From NCBI GenBank assembly GCA_947258835.1, contig CAMYJY010000002.1:10692-64162 (forward strand): DNA of 53,471 nt. Reading direction: 5' to 3'. Positions within the stretch are counted from its first letter, which is position 1; every line of letters starts with the position of its first letter. Shown piece after piece: positions 18,400 through 26,517 of the stretch. This DNA comes from an uncultured Pirellulales bacterium (GTDB taxonomy: Bacteria > Planctomycetota > Planctomycetia > Pirellulales > Lacipirellulaceae). The position numbers and the translations under genes were made by a program. Below the pieces are notes generated by a model. It saw only the letters and a list, made by a program, of their open reading frames with translations. It searched no databases and was not told where the DNA came from.

Positions 18400-19896
18400 A
18401 TGCGCGAACACCAGTCCACCAGCCTGGTACCCCGTTGGACGGGACGAAAGATTGGAGATTACCAAATCTTACGGCACCTGGGCTCGGGGGGAATGGCCGA
18501 GGTGTATTTGGCCGAGCAGTGCTCCTTGGGACGTCGGGTGGCCTGGAAGGTGTTGCATCCCCATCTGGCCACCGATGCCAGTTACGTGCAGCGTTTTTGC
18601 CACGAGGCGCGGGCGGCCGCCTCCTTAGTGCATCCCAATATCGTGCAAATTTATGAAGTGGGCGCAGCAGAGGGCGTCCATTTTATTGCTCAGGAATACG
18701 TTTCCGGCCAGAGCCTGGCGGACGTTCTCCAGCGTCAGGGGGCCTGCGAGCCCAGTTTTGTGGGGCAGATTCTCCAGCAAATTGGTCGCGCCCTGGTAAA
18801 GGCGGAGGCCCTGGGCATAATTCACCGTGATATCAAGCCGGAGAATATTTTGCTGAGCCCCGCGGGCGAGGTCAAAATTGCCGATTTTGGCTTGGCGCGG
18901 GTGATTGGCAGCGATGCACTGACTCAGGTGGGTGTGGCCCTGGGGACGCCGCTGTACATGAGCCCCGAGCAAATCGAAGGTCGCACGCTCGACGTGCGGA
19001 GCGATATCTATGCCTTGGGGGTGACCGGCTACTATTTGCTGGCGGGTAGGCCTCCCTTTACGGGGGAGACCCCGCTGGCCATTGCCGTGCAGCATCTGCA
19101 GCGCGCGCCCGCGCGGCTGGAAAAGCTCAGGCCGGATATACCGGGCGAGATGGCTGGCTTGGTGCATCAGATGCTCGCCAAAAATCCTGCCGAGCGTCCC
19201 GGCAGTCCCACCGAGTTACTCCAAGCGGTGGCACGAATAGAAAAATTTGTGGATGTTTCCGGGGATGCTAGCGTCCCCCGGCAGGCGACCCACAGCCTAC
19301 CGACGGCAGACCGTCGGTCTGAGAGAGGCGGCAGTCAGGATCAAGAGCGGCAACGGGTTCGTTCCCTGCGGTCCGCTCGTGGGTTCCGGCTACCCAGGAG
19401 GTTGGCCTTGGGAATCATCGCGGGTGGGTTGCTGGGGGCCGTGGTGGGCGTGGCCATGCGCCCCCGCTTTATGTTGTCGGCTGCCACGACGGACGTGGTG
19501 CCGCACAAAGCATCTGCCGCGGCTCAGTTATTTTATGCCAAGCGAATGGATACGGAGGCGGCTTGGTTGGCTGCGGTGGCGTACGACCGCAGCGATCCTT
19601 TCATAGCACGGGAGGCGCGGAAGGGCCTCATCCGCTGTTATCTCTTGGTCTTGCAGGAGGATCCGCAGGCACTGCGGCAATTAAGGCACTTGCAACGCCA
19701 GCTGGCCATGGCCGATGAGGCCGGACATGATTTTGTCTGGGCTGGATTGTGTATCGCCCAGCAGCGTTTGGGAAATCGAGCTGCGGCGCTGGCCGCCCAT
19801 CAGCAATTGGATGCGCGCGGGCGTGATCGGTTGCGGCGCTCGGAGAGCCAGTTGTATCAGCTGTTGCAGACCGTGGTGGATCGTCTTCTGTTGTAG
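18400..19896 (+). CDS. Hanks-type Ser/Thr protein kinase with transmembrane segment
   Basis: GSGGMAEVY, VAWK, HRDIKPENIL, DFGLAR and GTPLYMSPEQ motifs; TM helix near aa 335-355. Confidence 0.95.
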   Translation: MREHQSTSLVPRWTGRKIGDYQILRHLGSGGMAEVYLAEQCSLGRRVAWKVLHPHLATDASYVQRFCHEARAAASLVHPNIVQIYEVGAAEGVHFIAQEYVSGQSLADVLQRQGACEPSFVGQILQQIGRALVKAEALGIIHRDIKPENILLSPAGEVKIADFGLARVIGSDALTQVGVALGTPLYMSPEQIEGRTLDVRSDIYALGVTGYYLLAGRPPFTGETPLAIAVQHLQRAPARLEKLRPDIPGEMAGLVHQMLAKNPAERPGSPTELLQAVARIEKFVDVSGDASVPRQATHSLPTADRRSERGGSQDQERQRVRSLRSARGFRLPRRLALGIIAGGLLGAVVGVAMRPRFMLSAATTDVVPHKASAAAQLFYAKRMDTEAAWLAAVAYDRSDPFIAREARKGLIRCYLLVLQEDPQALRQLRHLQRQLAMADEAGHDFVWAGLCIAQQRLGNRAAALAAHQQLDARGRDRLRRSESQLYQLLQTVVDRLLL

Positions 19897-20656
19897 CGGA
19901 GATATTTACGAAATATTCCTTGCACTCGGTTTGCGAGGTGCTGTCCCCGGAGGCCATGGCCCACAGGCTGACTAGAATATAGAGTACCAGCAGGACCCAC
20001 CAACCAAAGATCAGCAGCGGTGCGACTTCTACGCCGAGGAGGTACACGGCCAATCCCACCACGGCAATCCCTCCCAACAGCAAGGCGGCCTGTGCGGGAC
20101 CACCCAGTCCCCGGACCAGTGCGAGAATGAGGGCCGCCGCGGTGAGAGTGCCCAGCAGTTGTGGCAGGGAGAAGGAAAACGTGAGCTGCGGTCGTACTGC
20201 TGCATCGTTGCCCGCGGTAGAGTCCGGGGCCTCGGGGATTGGCTGGCCGTCTTCGTTGGCCCGCCGGGCCGCAATGCGGGACTTGAGCAGCTGGGCCTGT
20301 TGCTGTCTGGCCACGGCGCGCTGTTTTTCCTGGCGCAGCACGACATACCAGCCCAGGCCCAGGGCAGCACATCCCAGCGCGAAGGGGCCCAGGTAGGTTC
20401 CCAGGGTGATCATGGCGGTCATCATGACCGCGAGCAGTGCCGTGGCGAGCAGCAGGTGCCCCGTGTTCCACTGCCAGGCTTGGAAGTCGCTCAGGGTGAG
20501 AGACTCAGGCGGCTCATGTTCCTCGAGGAGTTCATCGATATCCAGGCGGTCCTCGACGTCGCGGACCTGGCGCTCGGCCCGTGCTCGCTGGTGCTCAAGA
20601 ATTTCCGGATCGACCGGTTCCAGCTCCAGTTCGTCTTCATCCTCAGTACCGGACAT
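19628..20656 (-). CDS. Hypothetical membrane protein
   Basis: Acidic N-terminus (EDEDELELEPVDPE) and about 5 TM helices; overlaps the TPR gene stop; C-terminal ~90 codons overlap the kinase on the opposite strand. Confidence 0.7.
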   Translation of the reverse strand: MSGTEDEDELELEPVDPEILEHQRARAERQVRDVEDRLDIDELLEEHEPPESLTLSDFQAWQWNTGHLLLATALLAVMMTAMITLGTYLGPFALGCAALGLGWYVVLRQEKQRAVARQQQAQLLKSRIAARRANEDGQPIPEAPDSTAGNDAAVRPQLTFSFSLPQLLGTLTAAALILALVRGLGGPAQAALLLGGIAVVGLAVYLLGVEVAPLLIFGWWVLLVLYILVSLWAMASGDSTSQTECKEYFVNISATTEDDPPRSATADTTGSPSAATDHARAHPIADGRPAPQLDFPNAAGRYTIQPRQNHVRPHRPWPAGVASALIAAVPADPPARPRDNSG

Positions 20657-21374
20657 TGGGTTGCCACTGTTGGACGGTGCGGGTTTCAGCAGGTTGGGTG
20701 GGGATGGGGGCGGCCGTGGTGGCTTGGAGGGTTGCTACGCGGGCCGCAATCGCGGGTTGGAAGCGATTGATTTCCAGGGAGCGTTGGTAATTGGCCAGTG
20801 CTTGACGCGGGTCTCCTGAGACCTCGCGGAGGCGTCCCAAGGCGGTGAGGGCACGACTGTTATTCGGTTCAATCGAAATGGCCTCGACGAGCCGGTTCTG
20901 AGCCTGCTGCAGATTATTCGTTTCCTCCAGCAAGCGGGCGAGTTCAATGCGCGGGTTGGCTAACTGGGGACTGCGTGCAGTCCAACCTTCGAGCAGACGA
21001 AAGGCTGCATCTTGCCGGTTGGTATCGGTCAGCAGCACGGCCAGCCCGCGGTAGCACTCCGCATGATTGGCGTCGTACTCCAGGCACTGATTGTAGAGCT
21101 GTTCGGCTTGGGCCAGATCCTCCGGCCGATTCAAGAGTTTGCCGTTTTTATGGAGCGCGGAGGCCAGATTGTAATAGCTGTTGGCCGCCCGTGGGTTGCT
21201 GGCGATGGCCCGTTGAAATTGCTGTGAAGCTTGCTGGTAGTTTCCCTGCTGGTACAGCCGCACGCCTTCGGCGTTCAGGGCCTGGGTGGTCATCTGGCTA
21301 CAGCCCCCGCAGAGCAGGCAACTGAGGGCACCGAGGGACGTACCGAGGACAAGTGGCTTCAGGGGAGCGTACAT
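20643..21374 (-). CDS. TPR-repeat lipoprotein
   Basis: Lipobox-like LLCGGC; TPR helices (YYNLASAL, YRGLAVLL, ALTALGRLRE). Confidence 0.88.
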   Translation of the reverse strand: MYAPLKPLVLGTSLGALSCLLCGGCSQMTTQALNAEGVRLYQQGNYQQASQQFQRAIASNPRAANSYYNLASALHKNGKLLNRPEDLAQAEQLYNQCLEYDANHAECYRGLAVLLTDTNRQDAAFRLLEGWTARSPQLANPRIELARLLEETNNLQQAQNRLVEAISIEPNNSRALTALGRLREVSGDPRQALANYQRSLEINRFQPAIAARVATLQATTAAPIPTQPAETRTVQQWQPNVRY

Positions 21375-21591
21375 GGGATTGACGCACGCTTGGAGTGCGT
21401 CCTCGCTGTGCCAAAAGTGGGGCTGAATGTATTGACGGCGGGCTGGAAGCTCGTGTGTTGCTGCGCGGCCGCCTGTGGGTAGTCAGCGGTCAAACTTGGC
21501 TGCCGCGCGGGCCGGGCCAGGCAATTGCTGGGAAAATTAGCAGCCGGGCACGGCAGACGCAACCCGGATGCGCGGTTGCCAGCACGGGCGG

Positions 21592-22028
21592 GGTGCCGGA
21601 ACGGGCTGGCACGGATTTGTCACCCGTGGGTGGCATCGGTTGGCGATAGCCTACCGATGTGACGCAGTCACAAGAGGTTTGTGGGGAATTTTAAGGAAGG
21701 GCCTATCCCAAAACCGCGCCGGGGGCCGGTCCACCAAACAGCGAGCTACCGCTCGAAAGGCAGTTGCCGGCCTCTGTGGGACGCTAGCGTCAAGAATAAC
21801 CACGAAGAAAAGAAGAGCACGAAGAAAATCTGGGCCACGGTCTGCGTACTCTTGGTGATGATAACGTCATTCCCGCGCAAGCGGGAATCTAGACTATCTG
21901 CGCCTACTTCTGGATTCCCGCGGGAATGACGTGAACAAACTGGATTCCTGCGGGAATGACGTGAACAACCTGCGCGGGAATGACGTGAACAACCTGCGCG
22001 GGAATGACGTGAACAACCTGGATTCCTG
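21592..22028. repeat. Mosaic repeat cluster
   Basis: GTGCCGGAACGGGCT, CTACCGATG.GACGCAGTCACAAGAGGTT, GCGAGCTACCGCTCG, GCTAGCGTCAAGAATAACCACGAAG..., and a GTCATTCCCGC palindrome with 4 tandem GCGGGAATGACGTGAACAA units; each module recurs elsewhere in the window. Confidence 0.88.
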
Positions 22029-22275
22029 GCTGCGGGCCTGCCTGCCGCAGCCGGGCCACCGACCGTCCAGTTTGGCTAAACCGGAAGATCCCTACCAACC
22101 GGTATCTTTGCTCAAACCGGTTATTTTTTCTGAGTGTTCTATTTTACGCGGCCCTGCTCCGATGATTGCTAGCATCAGGGGCACCGTTTCAACCCCGTGC
22201 CGGACTTTCTAATTTTCCGCGGGCCAGCACGGACAACAACGCCGACCACCGGCTCACCAGCAGGAGCAACTCCCC

Positions 22276-22809
22276 ATGCCAGTCAAAAAATCCAAGGCGA
22301 CCAAGAGCACCAGCAAAACAGGCACGGCACGCAAACAGGCAACTTCTCCCCGAGGACGCGCGACCAGCAAAAAGACCAGCAAAAAGACCAGCAAAAAGTC
22401 GTCGGCCTCGCCAGCCGAGGACCGTGAAGTCACTATCGATCGTCGCACCAAGGCAGACCGCCGCAACCCACGCCAGCCAGCCCAGAGCGTCCCGAAAGCT
22501 GTCGACCGTCGCAAAAAAGTTCAGCGCCGCCGTCAAATTGATCCGACCACCTGCGAGCGCGATTACTCGGAACAAGAAGTTGAATTCATGAATGCCATGG
22601 ACTGCTACAAGCGGATTAGCGGGCGGATGTTCCCGACGTGCAGCGAAGTCTTGGAAGTTATCCGCGGTTTGGGTTATGTGCAGCTGACTGCTGCTGAGCT
22701 GGCTGCTATTCGTCCCGAGCGCGACTCCAGGGAGGAGATTGACGGTGCGGAGTCCGCTGAAGATGAGCTGTCAACAGCCGAGTTCGCCTGCGAAGAGGGC
22801 TTGCTCTAG
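22276..22809 (+). CDS. Hypothetical protein with Lys/Ser/Thr-rich N-terminus and [14 protein letters not shown]...FPTCSEVL domain
   Basis: AGGAG RBS, plausible composition, and a compact C-terminal domain that I recall from planctomycetes. Confidence 0.8.
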   Translation: MPVKKSKATKSTSKTGTARKQATSPRGRATSKKTSKKTSKKSSASPAEDREVTIDRRTKADRRNPRQPAQSVPKAVDRRKKVQRRRQIDPTTCERDYSEQEVEFMNAMDCYKRISGRMFPTCSEVLEVIRGLGYVQLTAAELAAIRPERDSREEIDGAESAEDELSTAEFACEEGLL

Positions 22810-22866
22810 GTAAGCCAGACTGTTTTCCCTTCCCACGCGTTCCGTTCCAGGTTGGTTTGCTGGTGA

Positions 22867-23553
22867 CTAGTGGCGGCGACTCATGCTGCGCAAGGCTTCC
22901 ACGGCGGCTTGGCTGCTATCTTTGGATTTGAGATCCGCATGGGCAGCAGGCAGTTGGGCGGGTTCTTGTTTCGCAGGGGCGGCTTTGTCCGCACCTGCGG
23001 GCTGATCCTCGATCGTCTGCTCTGGTGCGTTGCCGGAGGATGCGTCAGGCTCCGCTGTCTTCACCGGTAGGGCACTGGTTTCGTCCGTGCGGTGTGTGCG
23101 GGTGTCTGACAAGGCATGTTCACGAGGAGATGGTTCGTCGTTGAGCCAATTCGTGATATCTTCTTCAGCAACTGCGGCAGCTTTTTTCTCCGCGGTTCGC
23201 AGAGCGGCTTCGGTCACGTTCTTGACCTGGGATTTTTTGAGGTTTTTAATTCCGTGTGAGATGGTGACTAAAAATCGGAGGGAGCCAATCTCCAGTTCAT
23301 CTCCCGACGTCAGTTCGATCTTATGGCCCGGGGTGATCTTGTGGCCATTGATCAGCGTACCATTGCGACTGTCCAGATCCTTAAGCAGTACGGCCGTTTC
23401 ACGACGCAAGATCAGGCAGTGTTGGCGACTGACGGAGTTGTGGGCCGCGCAGAGGTGACACTTGGGACTACGCCCAATCAAGAATTTATCTTTCTTCACG
23501 GCGATTTTCGTGCCTGGTTTGGCCCCCGTAAGCACTTTCAAAATTACGTCCAT
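22867..23553 (-). CDS. FHA domain protein
   Basis: FLIGRSPKC, VSRQHC and DLDSRNGTLING FHA motifs; start placed at ATG 23553. Confidence 0.92.
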   Translation of the reverse strand: MDVILKVLTGAKPGTKIAVKKDKFLIGRSPKCHLCAAHNSVSRQHCLILRRETAVLLKDLDSRNGTLINGHKITPGHKIELTSGDELEIGSLRFLVTISHGIKNLKKSQVKNVTEAALRTAEKKAAAVAEEDITNWLNDEPSPREHALSDTRTHRTDETSALPVKTAEPDASSGNAPEQTIEDQPAGADKAAPAKQEPAQLPAAHADLKSKDSSQAAVEALRSMSRRH

Positions 23554-23874
23554 GGCTCCGCTCTCGAATTTATCTTGCGCGAATCCTCGCCACATGCGCC
23601 CCTCTCGAGACGGTGGCGGACCAGTAAAATACCCCAGGCCGTTTTTGGGGAAACCGATATACACTATTATTATAGCAAGCAGCGTGTGGTAACTAGGGAG
23701 TTGTATGCGGTTTGTGGCACATTTGCGGTCGCTCGGGCGCGGTTTCCGGTTTGCTGAGGTAGGGTGCCCCTGGATAGCCTGGTGGCAGGGTCATGCTCAG
23801 TCTACCCCCCGCAAGGGGGTAAATTTCGGTGTCGGACGGCAGGAAAGGGCTTTTCTAGCCGAGCAAGTTAAGCC

Positions 23875-24669
23875 TTACCGTTTGGCGAGCCATTGAGAGT
23901 TTCCGTACTTCGCTTGCAGCAGCTGATTGGTTTGGGATAGCAGCCGCTGGGATGGTGTTGTGGGTTGGAGATCCAGCTGCAGTGCTTGGGCCAGGGCTGG
24001 GAGTAGGGTGTGGAGTAGGGTCTCCACGGCGATATCCTGGCCACAGATTTCGGCTATACCGGGTAACTCGGGAGCGAACCGTGAGCGGCCCAACAGGATG
24101 CTCCCATGCTGCAGTACCGCGCCTGCTTTCCGTCGCTGGGCGCTACCGATGACCTTGTGCGCCGCGGTGGGAGTTGGCAGAGAGGTGTTTTGGAGGAGTA
24201 CGTCTCCTGGGGAACGCCGCTGAAAGCACAGAAAGGGCTCTACCTGGTCCAGAAGTTTCGATGCTGGTTGACAAAGGACGGCCTGCCAGGTGGGGGTGTC
24301 GGCAAGCAACTCGGTCTGTAGCCAATCAACCAGTTCCGTATGGACCGCGTCGTAGAGGGTCTGTGTTTCCGCGGCCAGCGGGTGTGTGGCGGGGAGCACC
24401 AGGCTATAGGTGAGTTCACGATCGTGGACAATCGCCCCTCCTCCACTCAACCGTCGCACGATATCTGCATCGCGACTTGCAGCATGCTGTTGCCGATCCC
24501 GAGAGGCTTGAAAGTAGCCCAGCGAGAGGGTGGGGCGAAGCCACTGATAGACCCGCAAGGTTGCTTGACGGGAGTGCTGCGCGTCTAGCAGCAGGGCCTC
24601 ATCGCAGGCCATGTTCCAGGCACCCGCGGTTGGCGGATCGATAATGAGAGCTAAAGGGGTCAGGCACAT
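23875..24669 (-). CDS. Lipoate-protein ligase A / LipM-type octanoyltransferase family protein
   Basis: NMACDEALL, LRVYQW..PTLSLGYFQ, RRLSGGGAIVHD, KVIGSAQRR and LQHGSI motifs; follows the gcv genes. Confidence 0.92.
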   Translation of the reverse strand: MCLTPLALIIDPPTAGAWNMACDEALLLDAQHSRQATLRVYQWLRPTLSLGYFQASRDRQQHAASRDADIVRRLSGGGAIVHDRELTYSLVLPATHPLAAETQTLYDAVHTELVDWLQTELLADTPTWQAVLCQPASKLLDQVEPFLCFQRRSPGDVLLQNTSLPTPTAAHKVIGSAQRRKAGAVLQHGSILLGRSRFAPELPGIAEICGQDIAVETLLHTLLPALAQALQLDLQPTTPSQRLLSQTNQLLQAKYGNSQWLAKR

Positions 24670-24737
24670 TTTTTCGGCGGTTGTGCTGGTGTTGGTAATT
24701 TACGGCCCGGCACGCCGAAAAAAATGAGCCTGACCCC
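24656..24737. repeat. GGGGTCAGGC.CATTTTTTCGGCG inverted-repeat element (MITE-like)
   Basis: Arms of about 24 bp are inverted; a second copy with similar loop in the opposite orientation lies at 38770-38849. Confidence 0.9.
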
Positions 24738-24843
24738 GGGGGGGCCCCCCCGTGCAAGCCAGGGGCGGGTTCTGCCGTCTTGCGAGGCGCGTTCCGGCAC
24801 CCACTCAAGCGACCAACGGCAGGCGGCTTTGCCGCCTGCCGCT

Positions 24844-26430
24844 CTACCCATTCCAGACCAAGACTGGCTGGCGGGCAGCGCGGACTTCATCGGGGCGGCT
24901 CACCGGTGTGGTATGGGGGGCCTCGTGCAGTAGTTCGGCGGATTCTTCGGTGATGCGGAAGAGGGTTTCCGCAAAGGCGTCGAGTGTTTCCTTACCTTCC
25001 GACTCGGTCGGCTCGATCATCATGGCCTCGGGGACCGTGAGTGGGAAGTAGACGGTGGGCGCGTGATAACCGTAGTCCAACAGCCGCTTGGCAAGATCCA
25101 TGGCCGAGATGTTTTGTTGGCGTTTTAATTCACTGGCTGAGGCCACGAACTCATGCATGCAGCGATTGCCTTGCGGCACCGGCAAAATATGCTGGACGCG
25201 GCTGAGCAAATAATTGGCATTGAGCACGGCGTTTTCGGCCACGCGTCGCAGGCCTGCGGGGCCGTGCGTACGGATATAGACGTATGCTCGCAGGAGCACG
25301 CCCACATTGCCAAAAAAGGCACGGACACGACCGATCGATTTGGGGCGATTGGTGTCTAGGCGAAAGTAGGGGAGTTTCGAGTTTCGAGTTGCGAGTTGCG
25401 GGTTATGCGCTGCAGTTGCTTGCTCTCGCGACTCGCAACTCGTAACTCGCGACTCTTTTCGCTCTCGCGACTCGCAACTCGCAACTCGCAACTCTTTCGC
25501 AACTCGCAACTCTTTCACAATGATGGGGGCTGGTAGGTACGGTGCGAGCTTTTCGGTGACACAGATGGGGCCGGCACCTGGTCCGCCTCCGCCGTGGGGG
25601 CCGCTAAACGTCTTGTGGGGATTGTAATGTTGCATGTCCACCCCGAACGCACCGGGTTGGGTGATTCCGAGGATGGCGTTCATGTTGGCTCCATCCAGAT
25701 AGACCAGTCCGCCCACCGCGTGCACCTGCTCGGCAATTTGTTGCATGTTGGGTTCAAACAGGCCCAGCGTGCTCGGGTTGGTGATCATCAGCACCGCCAC
25801 CTGCTCATCCAGCTTGGCGGCTAGGTCTTCCATGTCCACATAGCCGGCGGCCGAGGTCTGTACCGTCACCGCCTCAAAGCCGGCCATGACGGCACTGGCC
25901 GGATTGGTGCCGTGGGCATTGTCCGGGACGAGAATTTTGGTGCGGGTTTCCCCGAGGTCTTGAAAATAGGCGGCCGCCACAAGCAGGGCGGTGAACTCTC
26001 CTTGGGCGCCTGCTGCCGGTTGCAGGGAGCAGGCCGGCAGTCCGGAGATTTCTTGCAGCATCTCTTGCATCTCGTACAGGATGGCCAACATGCCCTGCAG
26101 GGTGGATTCGTCTTGGTACGGGTGCAGTTCGGCAAAGCCGGGCATTGCGGCCGCTCGTTCGTTGCGTTTGGGGTTGTACTTCATGGTGCAGGAACCGAGC
26201 GGGTAGAAGTGCGTGTCGACCGACATATTTTGGGTGGAAAGATTCACAAAGTGCCGAATAATTTGGGGCTCGGAGAGCTCGGGGAGTTCGGGCGGGGCTT
26301 GCCGGACGGCATCTGCCGGCAGCAGGTCGGTGATCTCCCGCTCAGGCACATCACAGGCCGGCAATCGGGCCGCCCGGCGTCCTGGTCGGGAGAGTTCAAA
26401 CAAGCTCTGGGTATCACGAGTATTGCGCAT
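24844..26430 (-). CDS. gcvPB: Glycine dehydrogenase (decarboxylating) subunit 2
   Basis: YPLGSCTMKYNP, QPAAGAQGE, AHGTNPAS, YLDGANMNA, HKTFSGPHGGGGPG PLP motif and HAPTVYFP; start placed at ATG 26430. Confidence 0.97.
   Translation of the reverse strand: MRNTRDTQSLFELSRPGRRAARLPACDVPEREITDLLPADAVRQAPPELPELSEPQIIRHFVNLSTQNMSVDTHFYPLGSCTMKYNPKRNERAAAMPGFAELHPYQDESTLQGMLAILYEMQEMLQEISGLPACSLQPAAGAQGEFTALLVAAAYFQDLGETRTKILVPDNAHGTNPASAVMAGFEAVTVQTSAAGYVDMEDLAAKLDEQVAVLMITNPSTLGLFEPNMQQIAEQVHAVGGLVYLDGANMNAILGITQPGAFGVDMQHYNPHKTFSGPHGGGGPGAGPICVTEKLAPYLPAPIIVKELRVAKELRVASCESRERKESRVTSCESREQATAAHNPQLATRNSKLPYFRLDTNRPKSIGRVRAFFGNVGVLLRAYVYIRTHGPAGLRRVAENAVLNANYLLSRVQHILPVPQGNRCMHEFVASASELKRQQNISAMDLAKRLLDYGYHAPTVYFPLTVPEAMMIEPTESEGKETLDAFAETLFRITEESAELLHEAPHTTPVSRPDEVRAARQPVLVWNG
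25372..25514. repeat. Inverted heptamer arrays (GAGTTGC)n ... (CTCGCAA)n inside gcvPB
   Basis: Arm 25372-25404 is complementary to the arrays at 25425-25514; the reading frame is preserved. Confidence 0.93.
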
Positions 26431-26445
26431 GGTTCTTACTGATAA

Positions 26446-26517
26446 AAAAGGTGTCAGGAACCTTTTCCCCCTCGGCTTCCCCACAATACCCCAAATAAAA
26501 GGTTCCTGACACCTTTT
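26446..26517. repeat. Perfect 21-bp inverted repeat AAAAGGTGTCAGGAACCTTTT between gcvPA and gcvPB
   Basis: 26446-26466 is the exact reverse complement of 26497-26517. Confidence 0.93.

Noticed and set aside
21920-22020. Possible CRISPR array (GCGGGAATGACGTGAACAA x4)
   Set aside because: Units are separated by only 5-11 near-identical bases, with no unique spacers and no cas genes; this is tandem amplification of a palindrome arm.
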